From NCBI RefSeq assembly GCF_020745735.1, contig NC_083409.1, positions 6,809,534 through 6,873,533 of the forward strand: a stretch of DNA of 64,000 nucleotides, given 5' to 3'. Both the position numbers and the translations under genes were made by a program. This stretch comes from Hemiscyllium ocellatum (taxonomy: Eukaryota). Under the pieces are notes generated by a model, which did no database searches, was not told the origin of the DNA, and saw only the letters and a program-made list of their open reading frames with translations. Positions 25,891-40,010 of this stretch are shown here, piece by piece (the stretch's first letter is position 1; the number at the start of each line of letters is the position of its first letter).

Positions 25891-26169
25891 AACGTGCTCT
25901 CCAGGGAGCTCTCAGCCTCACGGAGGCTCCGCACTGACACCAGCTGCTTATCAAGCTCTGAAACCCGGAGCTCCAACTGCTGTCACTGACCACACTTCCT
26001 TTACTCATGGTATTCCAGGAGCTGGGAAACATTCTGAAGTTCCCACATGGATGCATACTTTCTCCACTCTTGGATTATCTCTTTGCAGAGTTCTGATGAC
26101 AAACAGCTACTACAGCAGGACTCAGAGTCCAGTGTTCAGTGGGTTCAGTGTTCCAGGGTTTTGGAGAAA

Positions 26170-29100
26170 CTCTCCAGAAGTCTTTAAGAAATAGGAGCAG
26201 AAATCAGCCATTCAGCCCATTGAATCAACTCTGCTATTTGATCTTGGCAGATATGCTTCTCACACCCTTTCTTCTGCCTACTCCACAGGAACTTTCCATC
26301 CCCTTAACAATCACAAACCTCTCTATCTCTGTCTTAAATACACTCATTGACTTGGCCTCCCTGCCCTCTGTAACAATGAGTTCCACAGACTCGCCACCCT
26401 CTGGCTGAAGAAATTCCTCTTCATCTCAGGTCTAAAGGGTGTGCCCTTCAATCTGAGGCTGTGTCTTGGATTTCGAGTCTCTCTTGTTTTCGTAAACATC
26501 TTCTCCACATCCACTCTATCCAGGTCTACCTGCATTATGTAAATTTCAATAAGATCCCTCCTCATCCTTCTAAACCCTATTGAGTACAGACCCAGAGTCC
26601 TTAACCACGCCTCATATGACAAGCCCTTCATCCCCTGGATCATTCTTGAAAGCCCCTCCAATGCCAGCACATTGATTCTTAGAATATGGGTCCCAAATCT
26701 GCTCACAATATTCCAAATTCAGTCTGACCAGATCCTTACACAGCCTCAGCAGTACATCTCTGCCCTTGTATTCTGGCCCTGCTAATATTTCATTTGCCTT
26801 CCCAAGCCCAAAGTGGACCTGCCTGTTAACCTTAAGCAAAACCTGAATGAGGTTTGTGCTTTAGATCTCCAGAGGCTTTCCTCATTTAGAAAATACTCCC
26901 ACACCCTGATTCCATTGATTCCTGAAAGATCATCATCAATGTCTCCACAATCTCCTCAGTGATCTCCTTCAGAACACACTGATGTAATTCATCTAGTTTG
27001 GGTGAGTTATCCACATTCAGACCTTTCAGCTTCCCCAATACCTCCTCCTTAGTGATGGCCACTGCACTCTCCTCTACCCCCTGACAGTCTTAAAGTACTG
27101 GGACACTGCTGGTGTTTTCCATTGTGCCGACTGATGTAATGTATGTATTCAATTCCTCTGCTTTTTCGTCATTTCCTATTATTCTGTTTCCAATGTCTAT
27201 TTCTGCCTCCCTCTTCCTTTTTATATATCTGATGAAACGCTTGCAATCTTCTTTTATATTACTGGCTCGCATTTCCCCACATTTCACCTTCTGTACCCTG
27301 ACGTTTTTTTTAGTTATCCTCTACAGGTTTTTAAAGACTTTCTAATCCTCTGGCTTCCCACTATTTTAAACCACACTGTGTGTTTTTTCTTTTGCTTTAT
27401 GCTGTCCTTGACCTCCGTCATCAGTCATGGTTACATTGTCCTCCCCTTAGTGTGTTTCTTCTTTTTTGGGATGAATTCCTACTCTGCTTCCTGAATTACC
27501 CCCAGAAACCCTGCTGTTTGCTGCCACCCCATCTTACCTGCTCGGCTCCCCTTCCAATCAACTCTGGCCAGCTCCTTCCTCACATCTTTGTCGTTCCCTT
27601 TACGCAATTGAAATACTGTTCCATCTGATTACAGTTTCTCCCTCTCAAACTACAGGGGGAATTCGATCGTATTATGGTCATATATCCAGAGGGATACTTT
27701 CATCTTCAGCTCACTAATCTAGATTGCCTCATTACACATCACTGAATCCAAAACTGCCTGTTCCAAATGATCAACCACAAGTTGTTTCAAAAACCATCTC
27801 ATAGACAGTACATGAAATCTTTTTGTTGAGACGTGCTACCCAGTCCACCTATCCATTGAAGTCTGCCCTGACATTTTGCTTATGGCTTTTCTGTCTCCTG
27901 ATTGATTTCCTTCCCCACACCCTGATTACTGCTTGGGGACCTGAACATAACTTGCATCCGATTCTTTATTTCTTGTGTTCCTCAACTCTCCCCACACAGA
28001 TTCTACACCTTCTGACTGTATCTTTCTTGCTGTTGATTTAAAGTAATTTCTTACTAACAACACAACTCTTGCCCCTCTGTCCATCTGCCTGTCCTTTTGA
28101 TAGGACATGGATCCTTGGATATTTACTTCCCAGCCCGGATCCCCTTACAGCCATGTCTCTGTGATACCCAGAACATCGTATCTGCCAGTTTCAATCTGCA
28201 CTACAAGCAGATTGTGTATATCTTGTGCATTTAAGTACAACACCCTCCGTCCTACAATGACTGTCCTCCTTCTCATCATTGTTCCTCTTATCTGCTGTGC
28301 TTGACATTTGATTCCTGATCCCTTCCATGCTCTCAGTCCTGTTACATCTATTAGAATCTTTGGTAACCTCTCCTGAGCCCTCCTCCACGTTAACTAGTTT
28401 AAATTCCTTGGAAACTCAATTTATCTCGATTTGGGGCATCACTTTGTCTCCCTTACTCGGAATGCTTCGTGCATTTAGACACAAAATCTTTTAGTTTGTT
28501 CTATTATTGATTTTCCCTGCACTTTTATGGTTCCTTTGATATTCAAAATTTCCGTCCCTTCCTTGGATTTTTTGGTAACAATCAATCCCATCACTAACCA
28601 GCAATCCTACCTTCTCCTTTACCTTCCATTTTCTCATTGTCCATCCAACTGAACCAAATTACTTTCTCTTTGAGTTGAGTTCAGGACAATATTTATCCTT
28701 GAACCGAAATCATGAAGAATGCTGTTTGATCGCATTGCTTCAAGTGGGATCTTGCTGTGTAGAATTTGGCTGCTCCTTTCCTGAAATTACAACAGTGACT
28801 GGTTTTCAAGCAAAGTGTAACTGTCTTTGGGAGAGTCTGAGGTAGTGAGGGCTTGATTGAAACACAACTAGAGTCATGGAAATGTACAGCACAGAAACAG
28901 ACTCTTCGATGTAACTCATCCATGCCAACCACAGAGAAATAGAGTCATAGAGTCAGAGAGACGTACAGCACAGAAATAGACCCTTCTGTGTAACTCGTCC
29001 ATGCCGACCAGATAACCTAAATTAATCTAGTCTCATTTGTCAGCATTTGGCCCATATCCTTCTAAATCCTTCCTATTCATATACCTATCCAAATGCCTTT

Positions 29101-29620
29101 TAAATGTTATCATTCCAGCTCCACTCCTTCCTCTGGCAGCTCATTCCAAAAATGTACCATCCTCGGCAGAAATATGTTATGCCTGAGTTTCCGTTTAAAT
29201 CGTTCTCCTGATACTTTCCACCTATGCCCTCTAGTTGCGGACTCCTTCACTCTGACCAAAATATCACCTCTATTCACTTGATCAATGCTCCTCATTATGT
29301 TGGAAACCTCGATATGGTCACCCCTCAACCTCCAGTGATCCAGGGAAAATAGGCTCAGCCTATTCAGCCTCTCCCGATCGCACAAACCCTCCAACTTGGC
29401 AACATCCTTGGAAATCATTTCTGAACAATTTTAAGGTTCCCAACATTTTTCCTTTAGCAGGGAGACCAGAATTCCACACAGTATTCCAAATGGGGCCAAA
29501 CTAATGTCTTGTACAGGTGAAACAGTTCCTAACTCCAATACTCAATGCATTGCCCAATGAAGGAAAGCATGCCAAATGAATTTGTCACTTCCCTACCTAC
29601 CTGCAACTCCACTTTCAAGG
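26170..29620 (-). mobile_element. Degenerate CR1 fragments (26170-28400, 28870-29620)
   Basis: LVRLNLEYCEQIW, NFFSQRVASLWN, KRFIRYIKRKR and RGDHIEV motifs. Confidence 0.78.
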
Positions 29621-30208
29621 AACTAATCTTTTTTGGGATGAAGTGGAAGTCTTTCAGTTGTGCTTTACCTCATCACCCTGTTCAGAAACAAACTTCTTGC
29701 TTTCATGCTCAACTGCAAATAAGATAAAGGAGGCGATGATTTAATGATACTATCGCTGAGCTGTTCATCCAGAGATCCAGATTAATGTTCTGAGGGCCAG
29801 GGTTAGAATACTGCCACAAAAGATGGTGGAATGTAAATTCAAGAAAAAAAATCTGCAATTAAGAGTCTAATGATGACCATGAAACAATTACTGATTGTCA
29901 GGAAAAAGCCATTTGATTCCCTGATGTCGTTTAGGGAAGGAAACTGCCATCCTTACCATGTGACTCCAGACCCACAGCAATGTGGTTGACTCTAAACCGC
30001 CCTCTGGGTGATTAGGGATGGGTAGTAAATGATGATCCTATCAGTGATACTCACATCCCAAGAAGCAATTTGAACAATGCCTGTATATTTATGGAGTTTC
30101 TACGGTATTGGCTACAAATGTTCAAACGGATTGTTTTGCCAGTGAATGTTCAGAGAGTTAAAATCCCTTCGAATAACAGGGATTAAAATTGTTTCTCTTG
30201 TCTTTCAG

Positions 30209-30533
30209 GCCGTGAGAACTCTCAGCCCAATATGACCCTGCTGCCCCCCTCCCTGGAGCAGGTCAATGCCAACAGCCCTACCACCCTGGTGTGCCTTGCC
30301 AATCACTTCTATCCGATGAGCTGGAGGTGCAGTGGAAGATGGACGGTGCAGTCATTTCGGACGGGGTTCAGACGAGTGACGACCTGCGAGCTTCGGACAG
30401 CACCTACAGTGTTAGCAGCCTGTTGACCCTCTCTGGGTCTTACTAGGAGTCCAACGCTCACTTCCCCTGTGCCCTCACCCACGTGAACCTCCCCTCTCCC
30501 CTCAGCAAGAGCATCAGGAGATCAGAATGTGTG
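30209..30533 (+). pseudogene. Ig kappa constant exon pseudogene (C1)
   Basis: tctttcag|GC CGT GAG AAC TCT CAG CCC gives RENSQPNMTLLPPSLEQVNANSPTTLVCLANHFYP. There is a 1-nt deletion at about 30313 and an in-frame TAG at 30444-30446 (Trp in C2). Ends FPCALTHVNLPSPLSKSIRRSECV. Confidence 0.92.
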
Positions 30534-31061
30534 TACAGTGTTGGTGACAGTCCACAGAGGAGACAAACTTTAAATAGAACAGGGGTGAGCTGGCAGGACA
30601 AAGGTCATTGTCAGCACTGAATTTCAATTCTCTTCCTTCTCAGGACCGGCTCAGAGACATTTCTGAGGTTCAGGGGTTATGGCAGTTCATTGGGACAGTG
30701 CAGATAGTGCTTTACGCTATGTCAAACCCCATGCTGTCCCTGTTCTGGGAGTGTTTGATGGGGACAGAGTTGACTTGTGATGCCAGGTAAAATCTCTTGA
30801 AGTTGCTGAAGACTGTCAGCTGTACAAAACAATGTGAAACTCAGAAGTCTCTGCTTCAGTAAACCAGATCTCATTCCTGCTCAGTTGCAAGTTCCAATTT
30901 AAGGTTTTGTCACTGTTTGAAGGGACAGGATTCTCATGTTATTGAGAATACCTCCACAAGTGTTTTCCTCAAGCTCCAATGTGGCTGTGAATTTGTGCAG
31001 CTTCCTCTGTCTGGGCTGTTAATTGCTGACTGTTTTCTGTTAATGTCAGTCTGGAAAAGGG

Positions 31062-31067
31062 AATAAA
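31062..31067 (+). terminator. Putative polyadenylation signal of C1 3' UTR
   Basis: AATAAA conserved at the equivalent position of the C2 copy. Confidence 0.65.
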
Positions 31068-31219
31068 GATGAAGAAGGTTGAGTGTCTGTCTCTGCTTTG
31101 GAGATTGACCACTCCATTCAGCTGATTGGCTGCATTTCCGCATAGCATTGTCACAATTGGCTAATTGGCCTGTCAATCAATGGCACATCCGTTGTAGAGG
31201 ATACTGACAGCCAATAACC

Positions 31220-32660
31220 AATCACTTTCAAATGATCCCTTTGATCTGGAATCATTGGAGGTTACAAGATTCCAAACAGATCTCCATTAATGACCACCTG
31301 GACCATCTCTGACACCACCCTCCCCTTCCTGGACCACTCCATTAATGATGACCGACTTGACACTGACATTTTTTACAAACCTATCGACACCGAGGATTCC
31401 ACCTCTTCCCAACCTACCTCTTGCAAAAATGCCATACCGTAGTCCTAATTCCTCCACACACCCCCATATTTACTCCCAGAAGGACCTGTTCCACCACAGA
31501 ACACACTAGATGGACGTCTTCTTTCGAGACCGCAATTTCCCTTCTCACATGGTCAAAGGTGCGCTCCAACGCATCTCGTCCACATCCCACCCCTCTGCCC
31601 TCAAACCCCATCCCTCCAACCGTAACGAGGACAGAACCCCCATGGTACTCACCTTGCACCCTACCAACCTTCGCATAAACCACATTATCTGACAACATTT
31701 CCAATACCTCCAAACGGACTCCACCACCAGGGATATATTTCCCTCTCCACCCATTCCTGCTTTCCGCAAAGACCGTTCCCTCCGTGACTACCTGTTCAGA
31801 TCCCCGTCCCCCAACAACCCATCCGCACTTCCTGGCACTCTCCCCTGCCACCGCAGGAATTGCAAAACCTCTGCCCACACCTCCTCCCTCACCTCCATCT
31901 AAGGTCCCAAAAGAGCCTTCCACATCCATCTAATTTTTACTAGCACATCCTCCAATATCATTTATTGTATCTGTTGTACCCAATGCGGTCTCCTCTACAC
32001 TGGGGAGACTGGATGCCTCCTTGCAGAGCGCTTTAGGGAACATCTCTGGGACAACCACAACAATCAACCCCACTGCCCTGTGGCCCAACATTTCAAATCC
32101 CCCTCCCACTCTGGACATGCAGGTCTTAGGCCTCCTCCACCGCTGCTCCCTCATCATCCGACGCCTGGAGGAAGAACGCCTCATCTTCAGCCTCGGAACA
32201 CATCAATCCAATGACATCAATGTGGATTTCACTAGCTTCCTCATTTCCCCTTACCCCACCTCACCCCAGCTCCAACCTTCCATCCTCAGTACCATCCTCG
32301 TGACCTGTTCTACCTGCTTATCTTCCTTTCCACCGATCCACTCCACCCTCCTCTCTGACTTATCACCTCCATTCCCACCTGCATTCACCTATTGTACTTT
32401 TTGCTACCTTTCCCCACCCTCCTCTCTGACCTATCACCTCCATCCCCAACTCCATTCACCGATTGTACTCTATGCTACTTTCTCCCAGACCCCCTCACAT
32501 TTATCTCTCCACTCTGCAGGCACCCTGCTTCTATTCCTGATGAAGAGCTTTTGCCTGAAGCGTTGATTTTCCTGCTACTCGGATGCTGCCTGACCTGCTG
32601 TGCTTTTCAGCACCACTCTGATCTATCCTCTGGTTTCCAGAATCTGCAATTCTTGTTTTT
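31220..32660 (+). mobile_element. Penelope-like element, 5'-truncated (RT C-terminus, GIY-YIG, tail)
   Basis: TWTISDTTLPFLD, DIFYKP, NIIYCICCTQCGLLYTGETG..LAERFREHL (GIY-YIG) and RLEEERLIFSLGT. The tail has a degenerate CTGATGA..GAAG motif at about 32536. Confidence 0.88.
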
Positions 32661-32993
32661 ACCTGGAAACAGAAAGCTGTTAGGACTCAATAATTACAAT
32701 CTTAGGCATTCCCTCTTCACTCTGTGGTCCAGGCTCAGGTGCTAGGATTGCACTCTGCACTCTTTGCTGCATGCTGCGTTGTACCTGAAGTGATCTTAGG
32801 CCAATCACTGACACTGCAGGCTTCGTGTCCCTCTGAGTACGAGTATACCACATAATGCTGCCTGTAGGTCTCACTCTGAGTGTGAATGTGTTATTCAGAG
32901 AGACACTGACAGGCAGCATGGAGTGTGTGCATGTCACTCAGTGCTGCCTGACTCTCTGAGTGTATGTGTTACTCAGCGTTGCCTGTAGGTATC

Positions 32994-33032
<39 letters not shown>

Positions 33033-33087
33033 CTGCACTGGCTGTAGGCAGTGCAATGATTTGGAGATGCCGGTGTTGGACTGGAAC

Positions 33088-33289
33088 GTACAAAGTTAAA
33101 AATCAGACAACACCAGGTTATAGTCCAACAGGTTTAATTGGCAGCGCACTAGCTTTCGGAGGGACGCTCCTTCATCAAGGGAGTGTCCTCCACAACCACC
33201 TGATGATGGAGAGGCGCTCGTAAAGCAAGTGTGCGTCCAATTATACCTGTGGGACTATAACCTGATATGTGGGATTTTTAACTTTGTAC
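33088..33289. mobile_element. 202-bp palindromic element carrying two inverted degenerate hammerhead motifs
   Basis: Ends GTACAAAGTTAAAAATC and GATTTTTAACTTTGTAC. Minus motif TTGATGA-A-GGAGCGTCCCTCC-GAAAGCTAG (about 33146-33178); plus motif CTGATGA-T-GGAGAGGCGCTCG-TAAAGCAAG (about 33200-33230). Related single copies at about 6143-6270 and 33470-33555. Confidence 0.75.
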
Positions 33290-34539
33290 CTCAATGAGTG
33301 TGAGCGTGTTACTCTGTGCTGCCTGTCGGTATCTCTGAGGTATTTGTCTCTGAGTGATGGGTAGAGAATGGGCTTTGTGATGGGGTTTGATGATTAGGCT
33401 TTAATGTTGTTAAATTTCGGATGAAAAACAACTTAGTCTGAGGTGGCAGCTCATTGAGGTGGCCAAGGTTAAAAATCATACAACACCAGGTTACAGTCCA
33501 ACAGGTTTCTTTGGAAGTACAAGCTTTTGGAGCACTACTCCTTCATCAGGCAGCTAGTGGGGCACGATCATAGTTCACAGAATTTACAGTGAAATTGAGA
33601 TGGCAGCTGAGAAAGATGAAAACTGAGAGTGTATTTTCAGTAAGGGAGGGATTTCAGAGGCAGTGCACACTGTGCTCCCTAATGTGCTCCCCAATTACAA
33701 GGGGATTTTCTGGAGCTGGGATCATTACAGTAGTAGCTGTCTGCTCAGCCAATGCTGACTAGCCATAATCGTATTTCACTGGTCAATTAGCTCTAAACTA
33801 GATGCAGTAATATTACTTTACAGGGAGGAGAGCATTGAGTGAGGTTGAATTCTTGCAGCCCCAAGAGGGATGAATGAAGGATGCTAAAACCATGAAGGTG
33901 CCACCTTCACTCCCCGCCCCAGCTGTGGTGACCCTCGGGTTAAACACACCACCAGTCATCTCTGTCTGTAATGAGCTAGTGGGACTATGCTCCTCTGGGA
34001 TGGTGTCCACTTTCCTGGTGCTGGAGGGAAGGAGAAAGTGAAGACTGCAGATGGTGGAGATCAGAGTCAAGAGTGTGTCGCTGGGAAACCGCAGCAGGTC
34101 AGGCAGCATCCGAGGAGCAGGATAATCAATGTTTTTGGCATAAGCTCGTCATTAGGAATGGAAAGAAGGCCAACCTCTCCCAAAGGCAGCAACAGGTTGG
34201 ATCAAAGGGGCATCAAGAGTAAGCATGGGGAGATTGAGGGTGACAGAAGGAGGGGGTTGGTTGGCAGGTTGTTATTCAGAGTCAGGTCCCAGAGTATCAG
34301 TCCTTCTGACACTCCCCTTTTTATCTGTCAGCTGGGGCTCACTGACTGGACAAGGTTAACAGCCCATCAAGGAACTTATATTTTATTGGAAAAAAACATC
34401 TATCGAACAAGGAGCACAAGAGATAAACGAGACAAGATAAAATGAATGGTTTCATTACGAACATCACAAATGAGATTTGGGAAATAAGATTTTCATTCTT
34501 GGTGATGAGAATCTGGAATGGACTGACACAGACTCCACA

Positions 34540-34850
34540 GAGTGTCACAGTGTGGAAACAGGCCATTTGGCCCAACAAGCCAACACCAACCCTCTGATGA
34601 CAGACTCCCCGAGACCCATTCCCCTACCCTTTTACTCAACATTTCCTGTGACAGACAGATTCCTGGTCACTGTGGCAATTTTAGAATGGCCAATTCACCT
34701 AACCTGAACATCTTTGGATTGCGGGAGGAAACCCACACAGACACAGCAGGAGTGTGCAAACTCCACAAAGACAGTCACCTCGGACTGGAATCGAAACCAG
34801 GTTCCTGGTGCTGTGAGACAGCAGTGGTAACCACTGAGCCACCATACTGC
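34540..34850 (-). mobile_element. HE1-like V-SINE
   Basis: Homologous to the other copies, more diverged. Confidence 0.78.
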
Positions 34851-35479
34851 ACATTAAAGAATAGGAGCTTAATGGTAAACTCCGTGAGCCTGACGTGATA
34901 TGAATTATAAACACACAACCCTCTGTCAGGGAAGGTAGTGGAGGCTGGAAACCTTACAACATTTAAATATAATAACATGCAAGGATTTGGGATAAGTGCA
35001 GGAAACTGGGATTAGAGTGCCTTTAGTGGTAGTTATGTCAGTGCAGACTCAATGAGCCAAAGGGCCTTTTCTGCGCTGTATCAATCTACGCTCCAGGCTG
35101 AGAGGGCAGTGCAGGTAAATGGTGACTAGGTTAGACAGTTCCAAGATGGCAAATCAATGATCAAGAGTCAGAGGAAATGGCTCAAGCTTCGGTGAAGGCC
35201 CAAGTAAGTGCTTTGCAGGAGGGTCAAGGCTAATGGAGACAAGGTCAATGGAGACTGAGTGAGAGCACAGGGTGCTGCCTTGCATCTCCAGGGATTGTAG
35301 TGAGGCATGCGGGGACAAGAGGGGAGTGTGTAGGGAGGAAATGCAGTTCCAGTTGAAATGCGAACTTTGCCGGCAACAGCATGACCTTCAGCACCAGGGG
35401 GTGTCCCTGACTGTGTCAGGCTCACTGGCTGCTCTCTGTGTGATTCCACACAGCCACCCATGTGGTCACCATGCAAGAT

Positions 35480-35690
35480 CTACTGTCTACACCACCATCT
35501 GCGACTACCATCTGGACTTTCTGTCTACAACACCATCTGCTCCCACCGTCTGCCCCGTCGGTCTGCACCACCGTCTGTACACACTGTCTGCACCCAGCAT
35601 CCACAGCCAATGTCCGGTGCCTCTGTTTGCACCACCATCTCCACCCACTCTCTACACCACTGTCTGCACCCTTGATCTACACTTCCCATC
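35480..35690 (+). repeat. Degenerate short-period tandem repeat (TCTGCACCACC-like)
   Basis: Recurrent TCT(G/A)CACCAC(C)A/CG units about 12-13 nt long. Confidence 0.65.
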
Positions 35691-36289
35691 TTTCTGCTGT
35701 TGTAAGATTGTATACAATGATTCCATTGAGATTACTGCACCCGAAGCCTGAATTATAGAACCAGCAATGATTGTCTTCTAACTCTGATCGACAAAGTCCG
35801 TGTTCCATGTAATGAAAAAATAACAAAATTAACATTTACTCTGAAATCCATTTACTCTGAAACCTGAAAGACAGTGCTTGACTAAAATTAAAACTCTCTG
35901 ACACTTTGCTGAAGTATGCAGTCGAGGGACAGCTTCTCTCTGAAGAACTTTGTAAATATTCAACAAGAGAAAAAGATAAGAACAGTCTGTCCACAACAAG
36001 GGAATGAAAAGAATAACAACTCAAATCTTCACAGTCTTTGTCCTTGAGAGTGTGATAAGAAACAGGAAAAGGCGAATATCTGAATTATGCTCAGGGCCCT
36101 TGCACAAGGCATTTTTATCAAGTGCATATGGTCCCCCTGCAATGCAGAGGTTAAATAAAATGAATAAAGCTCTTTTTGGTTGCTCTTGCTAATAGCTGAG
36201 TCGAGCCAATTTAATTTCCACAACATTCCACAATGGGCTGAGTAATATTAATGACTAAATGCTATTTGATTTCTGTGATGGCAGGACTG

Positions 36290-39200
36290 ACGTATAAGGA
36301 GAGGTTGAGTTGGTGAGGATTGTGTTCACTGGAGATTAAAACAGTTAAGGAAGGGAACCTTGGAGAAAGCTATAAAATTGGAACAGGATGAGACAAGTCA
36401 AATGGAGTAAGGATGTTCCCAATGGTGGGGAAGTCCAGAACCAGGCTCATAGTTTAATGTTAAGAGGTAAACTCTATAGGACAGTCATGAGGAAAAATAG
36501 CTTCACCCAGAGAGTGGTGAGCCTGTGGAATTCGCTGTCACAGAAAGTGGTGGAGGCCAAAACATTATGTTTTCTAGAAGGAAGTATAGATAGCTCTTGT
36601 GGCTAAAGAACCAAGGCATACGGGTTAGGGAGGGATTACAGTTATGTGCTCCATGATCAGCCACAATCATATTAAGTAGCAGAGCAGGTTGGAGGGGCTG
36701 AAGCCCTTCTCCTGCTCCTATCCTCTATGTTTCTACATTGCGTAAAATAGATTGGCAGGTGGAGGGCACTCTGTCAGATGGGTAAAAATCCATTCACAGA
36801 TAACCCCCACACCACTCCACTTCCATTTTAATTGGGTCCACTCCCTCTCTTCCTATGTCTTTCTTATCTGACCAGTGACCACACCTCCCCTTCACCACCC
36901 CGGCAGGGAGCTGTGCTTCTAACCCATCGTTTGTTTTCGTTTGCTAACTGGGTGATGTGGGGATGGGGCTTTCAAAAACAGAAGCGCTGAATTCTTATTG
37001 CCCCTTGTGGTGATTTTGTTGTGTGCCTCCCTCAATATGGGCGACACAGCACTGCTGCCTCACAGAGCCAGGGAGCCAGGTTCGAGAGTCATACAACACA
37101 GAAATAGGCCCTTCGGCCCACCAAGTCTATGCCAACCACCACACACTAAACTACACTAATCCCATTTGCCCACAGTTGTCCGGAGCCGACTGTCTCCTGG
37201 AATTAAAAACGCTCATCCAAATGTATTTTAAAGGTTGTGATAATTTCAGCCTGCACCACCCTCTCAGGCAGCATGTTCTACATAGCTATCACACACTGGG
37301 TCAAAATATCCTTTCACCTTAATCTTATGACCTTTGATATTAAACAGGTCTGGGTGAGGAGCGGAGGCCGCAGAACAGTGTGAGAGGTCAGGAGTGGAGA
37401 GAGGGAGAACAGTGTGAGGGTGAGGAATGGAGGCTGGAGCAGGAAGATGCTTGTGTTCTGGCAAGCAGCACAAATAGGGAAGAGATCCAAGAGCTGGTGG
37501 GAATAGTCTCCATGCTTCCTAACAGTAGATTTATGGTGGGAAAGAGAATAAATCAGGAGATAATGAGGGCCAGGAACAAAGGCTGCTCATTAATTACAAA
37601 TGATTAGTTACAATTAATCGTCATGTCGATTATTTATAGTCAGATTTTACTTTTTAATTCATTCACAGGATGAGGACATCACTGACTAGGACAGCATTTA
37701 TTAACCACCCCTAATTGCCCCAGAGGGCAGTTAACAGTCATCCACATTGCTGTGGGATTGGATTCCCATATAGGCCAGACCAGGTCAGGATGGCAGTTCC
37801 TTGCCTAAAGGACGTTAGTAAACCAGAGGGTTTTCCTGACAATCGAAATGGATTCATGGTCATCATTAGACTTCTAATTGCAATCTTTTTTGTTCTGCCG
37901 TGGTGGGATTTCAAACTGGGTCCCCGGAACCACATCTGGGTCTCTGTGCATTAATCACAGAAGGTTCGTATGTAGGTACAGCAAGTCATCAGGAAAGCTC
38001 ATAGAACTTTATGGTGTATTGTGAGGGGAAACTGAATGCAAGGCTTCATTGCAACATGCAAGATCCTGAGGGGCCTTGACCGGATGGATGTGGAAATGAT
38101 GTTTCCTGTGGTGGGAGAATCCAGAACTAGGGATCACAGTTTAAAATTAAGGGAGAGTCCATTCAAAACAGAGATTTGGAAACATGTTTTTACTCTCAGA
38201 GTTGTCAATCTTTGGAATTCCCTTCCTTAAAAGGCAGTGGATGCAGAATCGTTAGATATTTTTAAGGCAGAGGGAAATAGATTTCTGATGACTGAAGGGA
38301 TGGAACATTATCGGAAAATATAAAGTTGAGGTTAAAATCAGATCAACCACAATCTTATTGAATGGGGAGCAGGTTCAAAGGGCCGAGTGGCTTACTTTTT
38401 TTTCTTTGCCCGTATGTTGCCTCATACACCTTCACACAATCGGAGATTGTCGTTTGTATTTTCTACCTGCAGATTAAGCTGCTTGTGAAATCGGCCTCAT
38501 CTGCACAGTGTTTTCTCCAGCCTTTCACTGTGACATGTTAAAGAACACCGGTCCTATAATCAATCCATTAACTCTCTGAGTTGGTTTATTTAAAACAATA
38601 AAACACATTACAAGTCATGAAACAAACATTACACCAAGCAATAATGGGTAACACCGTGCCTCAGTAATTAACACTACTGCCTCACAGCGCCAGGGACCCA
38701 ACTCAGGCAGATCTGTGTGAAGTCTGCACATTCTCCCTGTGTCTGTGTGGGCTTCCCCCGGGTGCTCTGGTTTCCTCCCACAGTCCAAAGATCTGCAGGC
38801 TGGTAAATTACCCATGCTAAATTGCCCAGGGTGTACAGGGATGTGCAGGCTCGGTGGAGTAGCCACTGAAATATACAGAGATAGGATAGTGGTATAGGTA
38901 GAATGACCTTCAGAGAGTTAGTGAGGACTCAATGGGCTGAATGGCCCACTTCAACACTATAGGGATTCTGGGATAGAAATGTAATTTCATTCTTTCCATT
39001 CTAGCCCTGAAGCATGCATGTGGTTCTGTCTCATATCCACTCAAGAGATGTCAACTCTTTGAAGACAGGAGCAGCCTCTATGCTTTTGGAAAGTACTTCT
39101 TCCACTCTGTGTCCTTCACAAGCTTGTAGACAGCATCAATGATATCGGGAATTAACCCAAAGCTATAATCTTCTGGACTCTTCATTGAACTGTGGAACCT

Positions 39201-40010
39201 GAAAAGTACAATTAATGTCCAAGTCAATGAAGATATTTCTCAGCAATCCCTAAATGCTGAGTTTTAGTACTCAGCAGGCCCCAGGAGTCAAAATAACTGA
39301 GTAGATCATTGCTCTGAATTGTTCATAAATTTCACCTTCACATTTCTGGAGGCTTTGATCAGAAAGGTTGCTTACTCCTCTCCAAAATACAGCTTAAAAT
39401 CAGCTCAAACTCCCAACCATCCAGCTGAGAGCAGAGCCCAGTACAAACTGGAACCTGGTCAGTGGGAGCACTGTCACCTCTATCTCAGAAGCTTTGGGGA
39501 GTCTATTTTGATCATAGAGTCTTTCAGCACTGGAGGCTGTTCAGAGGATGTTCCCCTGACTGACCGAGGTTTGAAAGAGCCGTCCCACGAGGAGCAGTTA
39601 AAGAGCTTGGGCTTGGACTCGCTGGAGTTCAAAAGAATGAGGAGGGATCTGATTGAGGGATAGAAAATGTGAAAGGGGAATGATAAGGTGGATGTTGAAT
39701 AGATGCTCCTCCTGGTGGGACAGTCTGGAACAAGAGGTCATCGATATCGAGTGAGAGGCAGTAGGTTCAAAACTGAGAGGAGGAGAAACTACTTCTCCCA
39801 GAGGGTTGTGAATCTGTGAAACTCGATGTCCCAGAGTGCAGTGGAGGTAGAATCAATCAACAAATTCAAGAAAGATGTGTTTCTGATTAAAAGCGAAATA
39901 AAGAGCGATGGGGAGCAGCAGGAGAGTGGAGCTGAGAACAGGATAATATCAGCCATGGTCATCTTAATTGGCGGAGCAGGCTCTAAAGGCTTAATTGCCT
40001 CCTCCCGCTC
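36290..40010 (+). mobile_element. Scattered CR1 3' fragments (36290-36740, 37960-38420, 39540-40010) and a V-SINE (38655-38970)
   Basis: SFTQRVVSLWNSL, FTLRVVNLWNSLP, MRRDLIE motifs; SINE head and V-domain at 38655-38800. Confidence 0.75.
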
